A stretch of 64,000 nt of DNA, from the NCBI GenBank assembly GCA_965204345.1, contig OZ241981.1, positions 1,792,001-1,856,000 on the forward strand, written 5' to 3'. Shown piece after piece: positions 20,125 to 30,403 of the stretch. Below the pieces are notes generated by a model. That model was not told the origin of the DNA and did no database searches. It saw only the letters and a list, made by a program, of their open reading frames with translations. Source of the stretch: Nitrosopumilus sp. Its GTDB lineage: Archaea > Thermoproteota > Nitrososphaeria > Nitrososphaerales > Nitrosopumilaceae. The position numbers were made by a program, and so were the translations under genes. Numbering within the stretch: position 1 is the stretch's first letter; each line of letters begins with the position of its first letter.

Positions 20125-20691
20125 TTAATCTTCTTCTAAAATCCATCCTGATTTGAGAATCCTCTGGTCCTCTGGCTCCCCTACGTTGGTGGCATATCTC
20201 CAGACACGTGGTTTATCCACAATCATTTTTTCCTTAATTTTTAGCAGTGATTCCATCTCTGAATTTAAATTCTGATCCGCATCTCCGTGCTCCTTGCAAA
20301 ATTTACATTTTTGATCCAGTACTATGGGCTCTGACTCGATTAGGGGATATGCATTACATGCAAGCGGCCTTTCCTTGTAAATTTTGCATGGAAATCCCCC
20401 GTGAGGCGATTTGTTGCCGCTGTCTATATCTAAGAATGGACACGTGTTGCCATTTTTTTCAGAGCCCATCATCTGATATGCCAGAATTTTTGTTGGTGCA
20501 GAATCCTCTTTTTCAGAGATGCCTATCCTTGGCAAAATTTTGATTTTTAATCCGTGTTTGTTTGCAAGTCTCTCTATTCTCTCTTTTTCCTCTGGAAGTA
20601 CGAGTACGCCTATTTTCCCAAATTTTTTACTTGGATAATATTCCCTTTCAATACAGCACTGGGAGCATTCTTTTATGCACCGGAATTCCAC
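20125..20691 (-). CDS. YkgJ/CxxCxxCC family cysteine-cluster protein
   Basis: FRCIKECSQCC...CPFL...CKIYKERPLACNAYP. Confidence 0.85.
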   Translation of the reverse strand: MEFRCIKECSQCCIEREYYPSKKFGKIGVLVLPEEKERIERLANKHGLKIKILPRIGISEKEDSAPTKILAYQMMGSEKNGNTCPFLDIDSGNKSPHGGFPCKIYKERPLACNAYPLIESEPIVLDQKCKFCKEHGDADQNLNSEMESLLKIKEKMIVDKPRVWRYATNVGEPEDQRILKSGWILEED

Positions 20692-20790
20692 ATATTTTCT
20701 GGAAATAATGCATAAAAATCTCTTGTGAAACGATTTATTTTTTCTCCCAAGAACCCTATCAGTTATATGCTCATGATCTTACTGAGCACT

Positions 20791-21102
20791 ATGGGCAAGC
20801 GCCAAGTAAAAAATGAAAGTGCACTTAAGGAGATCAGGTTGCCTGAAGAAGGTGAACTGTTTGGCCGTGTATTAAAAATGCTAGGCGGAGAAAATGTCAT
20901 GATCAAGTGTGATGATAATCTAACCCGGCGGGGAAGAATCAGGGGCAAACTAAAGAGACGAGTCTGGATCAGAGACAATGATATTGTAATTATTGCCCCC
21001 TGGGATTTTAAAGAGTCTGAACGTGGAGACATTGTTTGGAGGTTCACTTTGCCCCAAGTAGAGTGGCTAAAAGAAAATAATCACATCCCAAAAGATTTCT
21101 AG
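20791..21102 (+). CDS. eif1a: Translation initiation factor aIF-1A
   Basis: GRIRGKLKRRVWIRDND..IAPWDF..RGDIVWRF; ATG at 20791. Confidence 0.95.
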   Translation: MGKRQVKNESALKEIRLPEEGELFGRVLKMLGGENVMIKCDDNLTRRGRIRGKLKRRVWIRDNDIVIIAPWDFKESERGDIVWRFTLPQVEWLKENNHIPKDF

Positions 21103-21172
21103 TTCTTTCTGTCTGTGTCAATTTCATTTTGATGCCTTAGTTAATATAGTGAGTTAATTGCTTGAGAATCAA

Positions 21173-21367
21173 ATGGAACAAGGCACCGTAAAGTGGTTTA
21201 ACCGTACTAAGGGCTTTGGTTTTATCGAAAGAGAAGGTGGAGAAGGAGATCTATTTGTTCACAAATCAGATGTTGATGGATTCATCAATGAAGGCGATAA
21301 AGTCGAGTTTGAAGTAGGTGAAGGTCAAAAAGGACCAGCAGCCCAAAAAGTCAAAAAATCAGCATAG
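21173..21367 (+). CDS. Cold-shock protein
   Basis: GTVKWFN..KGFGFI...DLFVH RNP1/RNP2 motifs. Confidence 0.95.
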   Translation: MEQGTVKWFNRTKGFGFIEREGGEGDLFVHKSDVDGFINEGDKVEFEVGEGQKGPAAQKVKKSA

Positions 21368-21789
21368 GCAACAATTTTTTAATTTAAGATTTCAACTTTG
21401 TTTTCTTAAACCAGTCTATCTTTTTATTATTTTTAAAAACACAAAACTTGCAGATTGGCGCTGTGCTGTCACACATTTGCATTAATTTCCACCTGTCTGA
21501 AAATTTTTTTTCAAAGCTTAGATGGTGATGGCCTGCTGCAAGCCAACTCTGTACAAAAAAAAAAACAACAATTCCTGATGATATTCTAAAAGGAACTTGC
21601 AGATTATTATGCGCCAAAGTTATAGCAGCAGCCATGTCAGTTAAGATCCTCTGAGATCGACCAAGTTCTATTGTTTCTCCAGGTTTTTACTTGGAGATCG
21701 TTCTGGGTTAGAATAGAATCTTGTGCAAGATTAAATGCATTATATCACATGAAAAACGATTGGGATGAATCAAAAAAAAAAAACAACCG

Positions 21790-21879
21790 TCAAATATTTA
21801 CCAGCAAGATTATGGCAGCACATATGCCAATCAAGGCAAACATGTATTTTCTATACTTTGGATTGTTTGTCCGCATCAT
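21790..21879 (-). CDS. Possible 29-aa single-TM microprotein
   Basis: MMRTNNPKYRKYMFALIGICAAIILLVNI; co-oriented at the end of the urea transporter operon. Confidence 0.35.
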   Translation of the reverse strand: MMRTNNPKYRKYMFALIGICAAIILLVNI

Positions 21880-21935
21880 TTCTCTTGCAACCCCTCTAAA
21901 GTCTCATGTTATAAATTATAAATCAATACGTGTCG

Positions 21936-22448
21936 TCATTTGTTTGTAATTTCTGTCTTTTTACCCAGTATGAGATTTCTTACCTTTATCATTTTGCGAG
22001 CCAGCATAAACCCACCTCCGGACATTGTACTGCCTAAAATCACATGTATTAGTGATGACTCTAGCTGTGGCGCAACTAGTATCACGTATGCAAATCCTCC
22101 AACCATCAACAAAATACCAAACCCTGCAAAGATTCCCATCATGATGGGAACCCTGGGAGGAACAGGTGGAAGCCCGCTGTTTACGGGATTCTCGGCATAA
22201 CCTGCGTCCTTGCAAATGGCACAGCAGCGTCTTTGTTTCTTTCCCTGCCACATAGAGTCCAAAAAGTAAAACTCTTGGTGGCAAGAGTCGCATATTCTCT
22301 TTGGAATTGTAACCCTGCCATGATCATCAAAGTCTTGACCAATCTTTTTCATACATTCCCTGCAAAAGTATCCTGAAATACGCCATTGTTTTTGAAAGTT
22401 ATACTTTTTCCATCCAAGCGTTATGTTGCATCCTGCACAAGATGTCAT
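21936..22448 (-). CDS. Hypothetical membrane protein with four CxxC motifs and two C-terminal TM helices
   Basis: CAGC, CREC, CDSC, CAIC; 3 bp downstream of the urea transporter. Confidence 0.7.
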   Translation of the reverse strand: MTSCAGCNITLGWKKYNFQKQWRISGYFCRECMKKIGQDFDDHGRVTIPKRICDSCHQEFYFLDSMWQGKKQRRCCAICKDAGYAENPVNSGLPPVPPRVPIMMGIFAGFGILLMVGGFAYVILVAPQLESSLIHVILGSTMSGGGFMLARKMIKVRNLILGKKTEITNK

Positions 22449-22451
22449 TTA

Positions 22452-24431
22452 TTACGCCTCTGGGTTTGGTGTTTTTTTGCCTGAAAAAACTTGGGCAATT
22501 CCCTTTCGTGCCTCGATGATGGGCAAGAATATGATGAAAAATGACGCAACACTAACCCATACAATGGAGATTCCTACCCAAATACTATATGCCAAAACAT
22601 CAAACACCAGTCCGGATACAATCAAAGGAGCAGGCCATCCTATAATGAATATCAAGGTCATCAGGCCGCCTCCCTTGAGACTGAACTTGAATGCCTTTTT
22701 TAGTGTCTCCTCGTCTTCCATAACCTTGGCAGACTCTGCTGCAGAAAGTTCCACAAGTGTTATCTTTTCTTTGAGTTCCTTCCAGTCAAAGCTAGTCTTT
22801 GATGCAAGGCTGCCAAACAATGAAATTGCACCGCCAGTCAGGATTCCAGCAATATTTCCAAACAGCATTGAATAATTGTGACCAAGACTGGCAAGAGAGA
22901 TCTCCCCGCCAAACTCAGGCAATGAGGCAGCTACTGTGACCCAGGTACTAACAGCTACGACCAGACCGATAATTGCACCAAGTGTGGCTGCAACTCTGTT
23001 TGTCCGCTTCCACAGGATAGTAAGCGCAATAGGAATTACCGCAGATCCGATCAAGATTCCCATTGCAAGATACACAAAGCCCAAACTAAGACCCATAGCC
23101 AACAAGATAACTGCAAGACCGCCCATGCCTAAACCAAACCCTACAATTACCGCACGGGATACCTTGACTAGCTGCTTTCCTGTAGCGTTTGGATTCTTGT
23201 ATGTACGATAAATATCATAGGTAATTAACGAAGACACTGCAATCAGCTCAGCAGAGCCTGCAGAGGTTACTGCCATAAACAGCATTGTCAATACCATGAT
23301 GGCTCCAATCTCTCCCATCAGGGCAGTAGCAGCAGCGGGAACTACCAGACCTAACTGCACCTGCTCTGGAGTCAAGTCTACATTTAGCGCTATGGCAGTA
23401 AGACCCATCGTAGTTGCCAAAGTAAAAGGAATGGCAAACCAGCAAGCACCGCCTAGCAAGAATCCCTTTACAGTTGATGAGGGCTTTGCAGCAATTGCCC
23501 TCTGCCAGTATGCCTGGTCTACAAAGACCGTTCCAAAGTTTCCTACAATATTGATAATACCAAACATCAGGCCACCAATGGATGCCATCGTCAAAAATGC
23601 ACCAGCTGCATTTCCTTCTACTGGACTGAGTTTAGCTGCCTCAACGAGTTTCTCATACATGCCTTCAACTCCTCCGGTAATGTCGCTATTGAGATATACG
23701 GCAGCAACAAAAGTAAGTATCACAACAAAAATGACTATGGTGTGCATGTAATCTGCAACAAAAGTAGCCTTGAGACCTCCAACTAGGGTATATATCATAA
23801 CGCCTATCGGAATCAAAAATGCTGCCAGGGAAATATTCATGCCTGTCAGACCGTTGACAACTGCTGCTCCTCCAAGTAACAGCATGGAAGTTACGATCAT
23901 GTTGGTTGTCAGTGCAAAAACAAGAAAGACCTTGTGAGAACCGGTGCCAAATCTTGCACGTATAATCTCCAAAAATGTATGTGCATTTGGAGCTTTACGC
24001 TTTAGCTCTATGGCCAATATTCCAAACAGCAAGACCTGAATTGACGCACCAGCTGCATACCAAAAGGGACCACTAATACCATACTGATAAGCAACTGTGG
24101 ATGACTGTAGCAGGGTTGCAGCCCATGTCCAGGCAGAGACAATGGCAGCAGCTGTCAGCCCAGTCTTGATTGTTCGTCCTGCCGTGTTAAACATCTCAGA
24201 GGTCTGATGCACCCCCAAGTATCTCTCCTCAATCTTTACCTCTATTGTAATTATGACTGCAAAGACTGCACCAAGACCTACAACTACAGCCCAACCAATC
24301 CATTCAGGTAAAGCCTCACCGATTGCAAACCCTTCTGAGATTGCACCTGCACCATATGCATCATCAGGTAAATAGTAACTAAATATTATGGCAAGCAACA
24401 TAAAAATTGGAAATATTGTTAATATTTTCAC
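22452..24431 (-). CDS. dur3: Urea active transporter (DUR3, sodium:solute symporter family)
   Basis: SEMFNTAGR, SAWTWAATLLQS, GNFGTVFVDQAYWQRAIAA; adjacent to urease. Confidence 0.93.
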   Translation of the reverse strand: MKILTIFPIFMLLAIIFSYYLPDDAYGAGAISEGFAIGEALPEWIGWAVVVGLGAVFAVIITIEVKIEERYLGVHQTSEMFNTAGRTIKTGLTAAAIVSAWTWAATLLQSSTVAYQYGISGPFWYAAGASIQVLLFGILAIELKRKAPNAHTFLEIIRARFGTGSHKVFLVFALTTNMIVTSMLLLGGAAVVNGLTGMNISLAAFLIPIGVMIYTLVGGLKATFVADYMHTIVIFVVILTFVAAVYLNSDITGGVEGMYEKLVEAAKLSPVEGNAAGAFLTMASIGGLMFGIINIVGNFGTVFVDQAYWQRAIAAKPSSTVKGFLLGGACWFAIPFTLATTMGLTAIALNVDLTPEQVQLGLVVPAAATALMGEIGAIMVLTMLFMAVTSAGSAELIAVSSLITYDIYRTYKNPNATGKQLVKVSRAVIVGFGLGMGGLAVILLAMGLSLGFVYLAMGILIGSAVIPIALTILWKRTNRVAATLGAIIGLVVAVSTWVTVAASLPEFGGEISLASLGHNYSMLFGNIAGILTGGAISLFGSLASKTSFDWKELKEKITLVELSAAESAKVMEDEETLKKAFKFSLKGGGLMTLIFIIGWPAPLIVSGLVFDVLAYSIWVGISIVWVSVASFFIIFLPIIEARKGIAQVFSGKKTPNPEA

Positions 24432-24506
24432 TGATTATATTTTACGCTCAAGTATATAAAACTGATCAATTTGTCCAATTTTTTAATTAAAAGAAATTCT
24501 TTAGTA

Positions 24507-26219
24507 CTAGTACAAATGGTACAATCTGGATAAAGACACCTTGTCTGCAGGATTTACAGTTGTAATTTTCCCATCAACTTTTACCTCATATGTCTCAGGG
24601 TTGATCTCAATGTGCGGCGTGAGATCATTGTACAGCATATCCTTTTTTCCTATGTTGCGACAGTTCCTTACAGGAACCAGCCTCTTGCTGATGTTGAGTT
24701 TTGATGCTAGTCCATTCTCTAATGCCAGCTTGGATGTAAATGTAACCGATGTCGAATATTTTGCACTGCCAAGAGCTCCAAACATTGGCTTGTAATGGAC
24801 TGGCTCAGTTGTGGGTATTGATGCGCCGGTATCACCCATTAAAGAATATGCAATAAACCCGCCCTTGATAATCATTTTTGGCTTGACTCCAAAAAATGGC
24901 GGCATCCAAATTACAATGTCTGCTAATTTTCCCGGCTGCAGCGAGCCGACATGCTCGGAGATTCCATGAGTTATTGCAGGGTTTATCGTAATTTTTGCCA
25001 GATATCTTTTTGCACGAAGGTTGTCATTTTGACCAGTCTCCTCTGAAAGCCGTCCCGTCGTCTTTTTCATCTTGTCTGCTGTCTGCCAGTTTCGTATGGT
25101 TACCTCTGATACTCTGCCCATTGCCTGACTGTCTGATGACATCATGCTGAGTACCCCCATATCATGCAGCACATCCTCAGCAGCTATTGTCTCTCCACGT
25201 ATTCGAGATTCAGCAAAGGATACGTCTTCTGGCACCGAGGGATTAAGGTGGTGGCATACCATCATCATGTCTAGGTGCTCTGCAAGTGTGTTTGTAGTAA
25301 ACGGCCTTGTGGGATTTGTTGATGACGGCAAAATATTTTTTTCACCTGCAATCTTCATTATGTCAGGAGCATGACCGCCACCGGCTCCCTCTGTGTGGTA
25401 TGTGTGGATTGTTCTGCCGGCAATGGCCTGTATAGTATCATCTACAAAACCGCATTCGTTTAACGTATCAGTATGAATTGCAACTTGGGTGTCTGTTTTA
25501 TCAGCTACACGCAATGCAGAATCAATTGTAGCTGGGGTAGTGCCCCAGTCCTCATGCAGTTTCAAACCGCAAGCACCAGCTTGTATCTGCTCTAAAAGAG
25601 CTGGCTCTAGAGAATCATTTCCCTTGCACAAAAATCCAAAGTTTAGCGGAAATTCATCTGCTGCCTCAATCATTCTATGAATATTCCAAGCTCCAGGCGT
25701 GCATGTTGTGGCATTTGTCCCGTCTGCAGGTCCTGTACCGCCTCCGATCATTGTAGTTGTCCCGCTGCAAATCGCATCAATTGCCTGCTGTGGCGAGATA
25801 AAATGTATGTGAGAGTCAATGGCACCCGGAGTGCAAATCGTATGCTCACCTGCAATTACTTCGGTATTTGATGAGATTACCATATCGATATCATCCATGA
25901 TGTATGGATTACCAGCATTGCCTATTCCAGCTATTTTACCATCCTTTATTCCAATGTCTCCTTTGACTATTCCCAAGACTGGATCCATTATGACGGCATT
26001 AGTAATTACAAGATCAAGCGAGTCTTCCCGTTTTATTCCACTTGCCTGGCCCTGTCCGTCCCTTGCACTCTTTCCTCCGCCAAATACTATCTCATCCCCG
26101 TAATTTAGCAAGTCTTTTTCAACCTCTATTATCAATTCAGTATCAGCCAGCCTGATCTTGTCGCCAACTGATGGGCCAAAAAGATCAACGTACTGCTTTC
26201 TTGGAATCAAAAGTGTCAT
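24507..26219 (-). CDS. ureC: Urease subunit alpha
   Basis: [42 protein letters not shown]. Confidence 0.98.
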   Translation of the reverse strand: MTLLIPRKQYVDLFGPSVGDKIRLADTELIIEVEKDLLNYGDEIVFGGGKSARDGQGQASGIKREDSLDLVITNAVIMDPVLGIVKGDIGIKDGKIAGIGNAGNPYIMDDIDMVISSNTEVIAGEHTICTPGAIDSHIHFISPQQAIDAICSGTTTMIGGGTGPADGTNATTCTPGAWNIHRMIEAADEFPLNFGFLCKGNDSLEPALLEQIQAGACGLKLHEDWGTTPATIDSALRVADKTDTQVAIHTDTLNECGFVDDTIQAIAGRTIHTYHTEGAGGGHAPDIMKIAGEKNILPSSTNPTRPFTTNTLAEHLDMMMVCHHLNPSVPEDVSFAESRIRGETIAAEDVLHDMGVLSMMSSDSQAMGRVSEVTIRNWQTADKMKKTTGRLSEETGQNDNLRAKRYLAKITINPAITHGISEHVGSLQPGKLADIVIWMPPFFGVKPKMIIKGGFIAYSLMGDTGASIPTTEPVHYKPMFGALGSAKYSTSVTFTSKLALENGLASKLNISKRLVPVRNCRNIGKKDMLYNDLTPHIEINPETYEVKVDGKITTVNPADKVSLSRLYHLY

Positions 26220-26581
26220 GATATATGCCTGAATCCCTGTGTCTTTGCTTTTTGCAATGCCATTGATTTTTTTTCATCCAATGGTCCGTTTACTAGCCCG
26301 CTGAATCCAAAGACGGTTTTTTTTCCGCCAAACTCTGTTAGTTCTATCTTCCTTGAATCGCCTGGCTCAAACCTCAGGGAGGTTCCTGCAGGAATGTTCA
26401 GATGAGTACCATAGGATTTTTCTCTGTCAAATGATAGATTCTTGTTTGCCTCAAAGAAATGGGTGTGTGATCCCACTTGTATTGGCCTATCACCGGTGTT
26501 TGTAACTTGGATGGTGAGAACTGTTTTTCCCTGGTTTGCAATAACTGGCTGGTTGGAAATAATGTATTCTCCAGGTATCAT
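26216..26581 (-). CDS. ureB: Urease subunit beta
   Basis: [32 protein letters not shown]. Confidence 0.97.
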   Translation of the reverse strand: MIPGEYIISNQPVIANQGKTVLTIQVTNTGDRPIQVGSHTHFFEANKNLSFDREKSYGTHLNIPAGTSLRFEPGDSRKIELTEFGGKKTVFGFSGLVNGPLDEKKSMALQKAKTQGFRHIS

Positions 26582-26587
26582 AACATA

Positions 26588-26890
26588 TCACACAATGGGA
26601 TCATGTACCGTAACTAACTTTGTCCCGTCCTCAAACGTAGCCTCAACTTGAATAGAATGAATCAACTCTGTAACCTCGGGCAAAACATCATCCTTTGTTA
26701 AAACTTTTTTTCCAGAACTCATAATATGTGATACGGATTTGCCATCACGTGCTGCCTCTAGTATATGATCAGTAATTATTGCAACTGCCTCCGGATGATT
26801 CAACTTTAATCCCCTCTCCTTTCTTCTCATGGCTAGCTGCGCCGCAAGAAAGACATAAAGCTTGTCTATTTCTCTTGGCGTCAACATCAT
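26588..26890 (-). CDS. ureA: Urease subunit gamma
   Basis: [36 protein letters not shown]; start at ~26890/26887 rather than 27055. Confidence 0.97.
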   Translation of the reverse strand: MMLTPREIDKLYVFLAAQLAMRRKERGLKLNHPEAVAIITDHILEAARDGKSVSHIMSSGKKVLTKDDVLPEVTELIHSIQVEATFEDGTKLVTVHDPIV

Positions 26891-26982
26891 AACTGAAGCT
26901 ACCACTATCAGATATTTAATAATTGATAAAACAGTTCCAGCAAACTCATTATTACATAAAGTGAGACAAAGGGGGTGATAGA

Positions 26983-27139
26983 ATGCCAGCAGAGATGAAA
27001 CCTGATGAGGAGACACGAGGCATGGTTTGCGGTGGCTGTGGCCATGCGTTTTCAAGTCACAAGATCAGTAAACACAAAGACATCCAAACTTGACGGCAAA
27101 TGCAAAGTGTGTGGTTCTAAAAGCCTATCTGAAGGATAG
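26983..27139 (+). pseudogene. Small zinc-ribbon gene, apparently frameshifted
   Basis: GGGGTGAT SD, then [26 protein letters not shown]... with TGA at 27091; another frame continues LDGKCKVCGSKS*. Confidence 0.45.
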
Positions 27140-27543
27140 CACAATTTTTAATTTATTTTTTTATATATTTGTAATTTTGCGTTTTGGATTGTCAAAATGA
27201 TTATCATCCCTGATGTCAATTCCATCTTTGTCGGCTGGTGTATTGCGAAGAGATGTTTTTCTTAAATTATCTAATTCATCTTCGACATTTTTTTGTTCTG
27301 TTTAGACAATGTCCTTTACCATAGGCCAAATTTATCATTACATTCTTTGCACTAACGTTACTGATTGCCAACATCAGGAATTTCCTGAAGGGTTTGAAAT
27401 CGCAGAGATAATGTTTATTGACAATAAAAAAAATTGACATGCACCGTAAATTGGCTGAAAAAGAAGCATGCCGTAACTCAATATAACTACTTAAATAACG
27501 AAAGCACATAGGGATTGGTAATAACATGAATAACAAAACAAAA
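27113..27543 (+). repeat. Left copy of ~430-bp inverted repeat bounding the island (includes conserved leader L1, 27274-27525)
   Basis: Colinear with the reverse complement of 41680-42109. Confidence 0.92.
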
Positions 27544-28266
27544 ACTACATTGATTACAAGCTTAATCTTAGGATTAAATATAATGGCACTAATACCAATT
27601 GTTCAGGCCGATTTAGGACAACATGCTTGTTTGGATAGTAACGGTGGTTCACATTGTTACGCTATTGCCATACTTGAATGGGTACAATGGCCTTGGGGTT
27701 CTGATGAACGAGAAGAATATGGTGTTAAAGGAAATCTAAAAGTAGAAAGTGTTACAACTGCAAGTGGCACTGATCATTTTAGTGTCCATTCTATGTGGAT
27801 TAGAGACCCTGTAGATGGAACATGGGTAGAAGTTGGATGGATGCGAGGTGATGATACAAGTGTTTGTGGAGCCTATGCTGCTACAACTCCTAGATATTAT
27901 TGGGTATCCTATGACGGAAGTAATGGCGTTCCAGACAGTGGATGCAAAACAAATGTATCTGCATCAGGAACACCTTACTTTGAGTTATCTGACACTAATA
28001 AGGACGGTGATTGGTTAATCAAAGCATCATCATATACACTTCAAAGTGCAAGAACTAATGACTTTGGAAAAGGAAATGTACATGTGGGTGGAGAATCAAC
28101 TCATCATCAAAATACTATGAATAGTAAAGCAACTAATCTACAGTATTATGATACACAGTGGAGAAACTGGTCAGACAATATCCTGACTGAAACACACAGA
28201 TATTATAGTATTGATGAATGTACCGCGACATCATTTGAATTTGGGAGTGATAACCCATCATGTTAG
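27526..28266 (+). CDS. Secreted protein, neprosin-like (glutamic peptidase) candidate
   Basis: Signal peptide MNNKTKTTLI...VQA; WVEVGW and VGGES resemble the neprosin IEAGW and WGGEV catalytic Glu motifs; 6 Cys. Confidence 0.55.
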   Translation: MNNKTKTTLITSLILGLNIMALIPIVQADLGQHACLDSNGGSHCYAIAILEWVQWPWGSDEREEYGVKGNLKVESVTTASGTDHFSVHSMWIRDPVDGTWVEVGWMRGDDTSVCGAYAATTPRYYWVSYDGSNGVPDSGCKTNVSASGTPYFELSDTNKDGDWLIKASSYTLQSARTNDFGKGNVHVGGESTHHQNTMNSKATNLQYYDTQWRNWSDNILTETHRYYSIDECTATSFEFGSDNPSC

Positions 28267-28907
28267 AGAAGAAATTTGTTATTTATGGAATGGTTGCAAT
28301 TGTAGCTATTTCATTAGGCGGAATGTCTTTTCTTACTAACAACGAGGTTTCTGTGAATAGTGATGCAGAAATACATGTGGGAACTTCCCCAGAACATAGA
28401 TTGTCAAGCGTGTATCCCCAACCTCCCCCATTACCTGCACAAAAAATAGTGTCTAATTCTGTAGATCTTCAAAAAATACAAAAACATGCGGGATTTACAT
28501 TGTTAGAGCCTAAACTTCCAAAAGATTTTGTCGTACTTAGTGCAACGTATAATCCAATCTATGATGAAGCTACGATATACTATGGACATGAATCTCTTCT
28601 ATCTTTAATTGGTGATGATTTAACAATGGATGATTTACTGGACATGGGGGTTGTTGTAATTGACTATGAAAGACGAAGCAATATGGACAACATAGATGCA
28701 AAAATAGCAAAACACTCTCAGCACAGCAAGGGTGCCGCCTTTGATGTAGATGACAAGAAAGGATATTTAGTCGAGGATGACTTTGTGAATCGCAAAAAGG
28801 CTGTAATCTTTGATGAAACAGAAGGTATTGAAATAACTATTGTTTATAATGAAGGTTCAATGTCACAAGTAAAAGAAATAGCACAATCATTGTATTCCCA
28901 AAAGTAA
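28260..28907 (+). CDS. Single-TM partner protein (DUF4367-like periplasmic domain)
   Basis: N-terminal TM; LQKIQKHAGFTLLEPKLP...KEIAQSL; overlaps the upstream stop by 7 nt. Confidence 0.65.
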   Translation: MLEKKFVIYGMVAIVAISLGGMSFLTNNEVSVNSDAEIHVGTSPEHRLSSVYPQPPPLPAQKIVSNSVDLQKIQKHAGFTLLEPKLPKDFVVLSATYNPIYDEATIYYGHESLLSLIGDDLTMDDLLDMGVVVIDYERRSNMDNIDAKIAKHSQHSKGAAFDVDDKKGYLVEDDFVNRKKAVIFDETEGIEITIVYNEGSMSQVKEIAQSLYSQK

Positions 28908-28966
28908 AATTCAATGATTCTGTTAGAACTCTTTTCTCTTTTTTTATTACTAGTGAATAAAAGGGA

Positions 28967-29261
28967 ACCACTACAGACCAATCAAGGTAGCACTGTGAGA
29001 CATGCGGGTTCATTGTCTACCACGTACGCGATTGTAAATCAATCCTTTGTGGATGCCTTTCCAGTATCACACGAAATTTCAGCAAGAATACAGATAGATA
29101 ATCAGGAAAAAACTTTGGGACCCTTTGTAGGAATTGACAAAATAGATCAAAGAGATAGCGTATATCTAGGCGGACGTTGTGGTGGCGGAACAGGCGATGA
29201 GAGGAACTGTGGGACTTTCTCATTAACCGTCTATGCTGAACCTGCAACATTTGAGACATAA
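28967..29261 (+). pseudogene. Orphan C-terminal fragment of a Cys-rich secreted precursor (copy of the 3' end of 32551-33168)
   Basis: HAGSL.TTYAIVN...EPATFET near-identical to 32874-33168; homologous N-terminal part absent. Confidence 0.8.
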
Positions 29262-29986
29262 TGCTTATCTCAAATCCCTTCATTTTTTTATCTATGAAAA
29301 AATGGATCCCAATCTCCATTGGATGTATCTTTTTAGTGACTGTTGGGTATTTGTATGCAGAATATGATTATGAGAATAGAACCTATGTAATACCGATGAG
29401 AGAATCCATCCTAGTCCCAGATGTATCTGATGTACATTATGAACCCATCTACAGTGAAAGATTCTGGCTATCAATGGAGAGGATCACACCTTTGAATGAC
29501 GGCTCCATACGCATAGACTTTTCACAAAACGGCTGGACAGACACATCGGTTATTCCGTTAATACCAGAATTTGAACATTCTGAGAACATAAAAATAAACC
29601 AGATGTTTGCAGTTATGTGTCTTCCACTCAAAGAAGAGGATCACAAGATGCTGTGTGATGACACAGATGATCAAGATGCAAGAGCATGTACGACCCCCTT
29701 AACGGGCGGAACTCCTTCGGTAGTAAATTTTCTACAATATCTTGGAATGACGCCTGACAGGAATGGCGTCTTGTCATACAAGTTCTTCCACGTTTCTGCA
29801 GATTTGCAAGAGTACATGCCATGCGACTATCCAAAGGTCATAAGGAACTCCGTTGATGTAAGAACCCTCTATTACGACCCTGATATCATATATCCTAATG
29901 ATGTAGAATGGCATAACAGAACCGAGGAGCAGAGACAACAGTTACATGATCAAATTGATGCGATAAATAGTGCGCAGACCCCATGA
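29261..29986 (+). CDS. Single-TM partner protein (family P), copy 1
   Basis: TAATG overlap with the upstream stop; N-terminal TM; C-terminal CDYPKVIRNSVDV. Confidence 0.75.
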   Translation: MLISNPFIFLSMKKWIPISIGCIFLVTVGYLYAEYDYENRTYVIPMRESILVPDVSDVHYEPIYSERFWLSMERITPLNDGSIRIDFSQNGWTDTSVIPLIPEFEHSENIKINQMFAVMCLPLKEEDHKMLCDDTDDQDARACTTPLTGGTPSVVNFLQYLGMTPDRNGVLSYKFFHVSADLQEYMPCDYPKVIRNSVDVRTLYYDPDIIYPNDVEWHNRTEEQRQQLHDQIDAINSAQTP

Positions 29987-30151
29987 TCAATGGATGGAAG
30001 TGGATCCCAACCGGTTCTCCATCAAATTCAAGTGATCATATTATCAAAATTTGCCAGAACCGATAAAACAATCCAAGCAGTTGGATCTTATCAATTGCAC
30101 ATAAAGTTCATTGTATTTCTTTGATTTTATTATGAGTAATGTAGAGGCTGC

Positions 30152-30403
30152 ATTCATCTTCAATATTTTTTTGGCCTGTTTAGACAATATCTTCTTGCTA
30201 TAGACAAATTTACTATTACATTCTTTGCACTAACGTTACTGATTGCCAACATCAAGAATTTCCTGAAGGGTTTGAAATCGCAGAGATAATGTTTATTGAC
30301 AATAAAAAAAATTGACATGCACCGTAAATTGGCTGAAAAAGAAGCATGCCGTAACTCAATATAACTACTTAAATAACGAAAGCACATAGGGGTTAGTAAT
30401 AAC
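30152..30403 (+). promoter_or_regulatory. Conserved leader/promoter L2
   Basis: Near-identical to 27274-27525; TTAAATA TATA-like box ~35 bp before the ATG. Confidence 0.8.

Noticed and set aside
26891-27055. N-terminal extension of UreA (and similar extensions at 264, 4141, 20725, 37939, 42788)
   Set aside because: ORF-caller artefacts from upstream alternative starts; family homology begins at later ATGs
27276-27536. Minus-strand ORFs over the conserved leader (also 30160-30549, 34087-34425) and the ORF 41725-41931 as real genes
   Set aside because: They overlap the promoter and start of the cassette genes, are broken by homopolymer indels between copies, and resemble no protein I recognise
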